Shown: positions 63,921 through 64,000 of the stretch, piece after piece
How the letters are laid out: each line of letters begins with the position of its first letter
Position numbering within the stretch: the stretch's first letter is position 1
IMG/VR virus record: IMGVR_UViG_2799112923_000001
Source of the DNA: a virus
Taxonomy: Duplodnaviria; Heunggongvirae; Uroviricota; Caudoviricetes
Direction: 5' to 3' (one strand)
DNA: 64,000 nucleotides
Translations under genes and position numbers: made by a program
Notes under the pieces: generated by a model
The model's input: the letters and a program-made list of their open reading frames with translations, nothing else
Database searches by the model: none
Told to the model about the DNA's origin: nothing

Positions 63921-64000
63921 ATTCTACAGTTCTCAAAAATAAAAATTTTTGGATCAGTATAAACAAATTAACTATATTTGGCAATAAAATAGTAAGTCTA

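Noticed and set aside
1-64000. Stop-codon reassignment as in some large phages
   Set aside because: Core genes are full length in the standard code, TAA, TAG and TGA all end genes, and no suppressor anticodon was found in the array.

Overview
A 64-kb segment of a large, AT-rich T4-like (myovirus) phage genome read in the standard code. About 1-53.8 kb is a scrambled virion and late-gene region. It carries small terminase, portal, gp68/gp22 core proteins, major capsid, several tail-tube paralogs, baseplate gp6/gp25/gp26/gp5, fibres, RegA, a gp55-like late sigma factor (interrupted by a +1 frameshift), gp14, and the C-terminal half of large terminase fused to an atypically split intein. Early-gene islands driven by sigma70-type promoters sit at 3.9-8.8 kb and 53.8-64 kb; nearly all of these promoters carry a helically phased TGTAAA-N6-TTTACA box. 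The right end holds a MoxR-type AAA ATPase/VWA pair and an array of 21 tRNA or tRNA-like genes. The most striking signal lies in front of that array: a 43-codon leader ORF whose stop codon overlaps a mutually exclusive antiterminator/terminator pair. Its first 40 codons use exactly the 17 amino acids served by the array. This suggests a ribosome-mediated attenuator that senses depletion of the tRNA pool and switches on the phage tRNAs. All assignments were made by eye from motifs; no database search or folding program was run.
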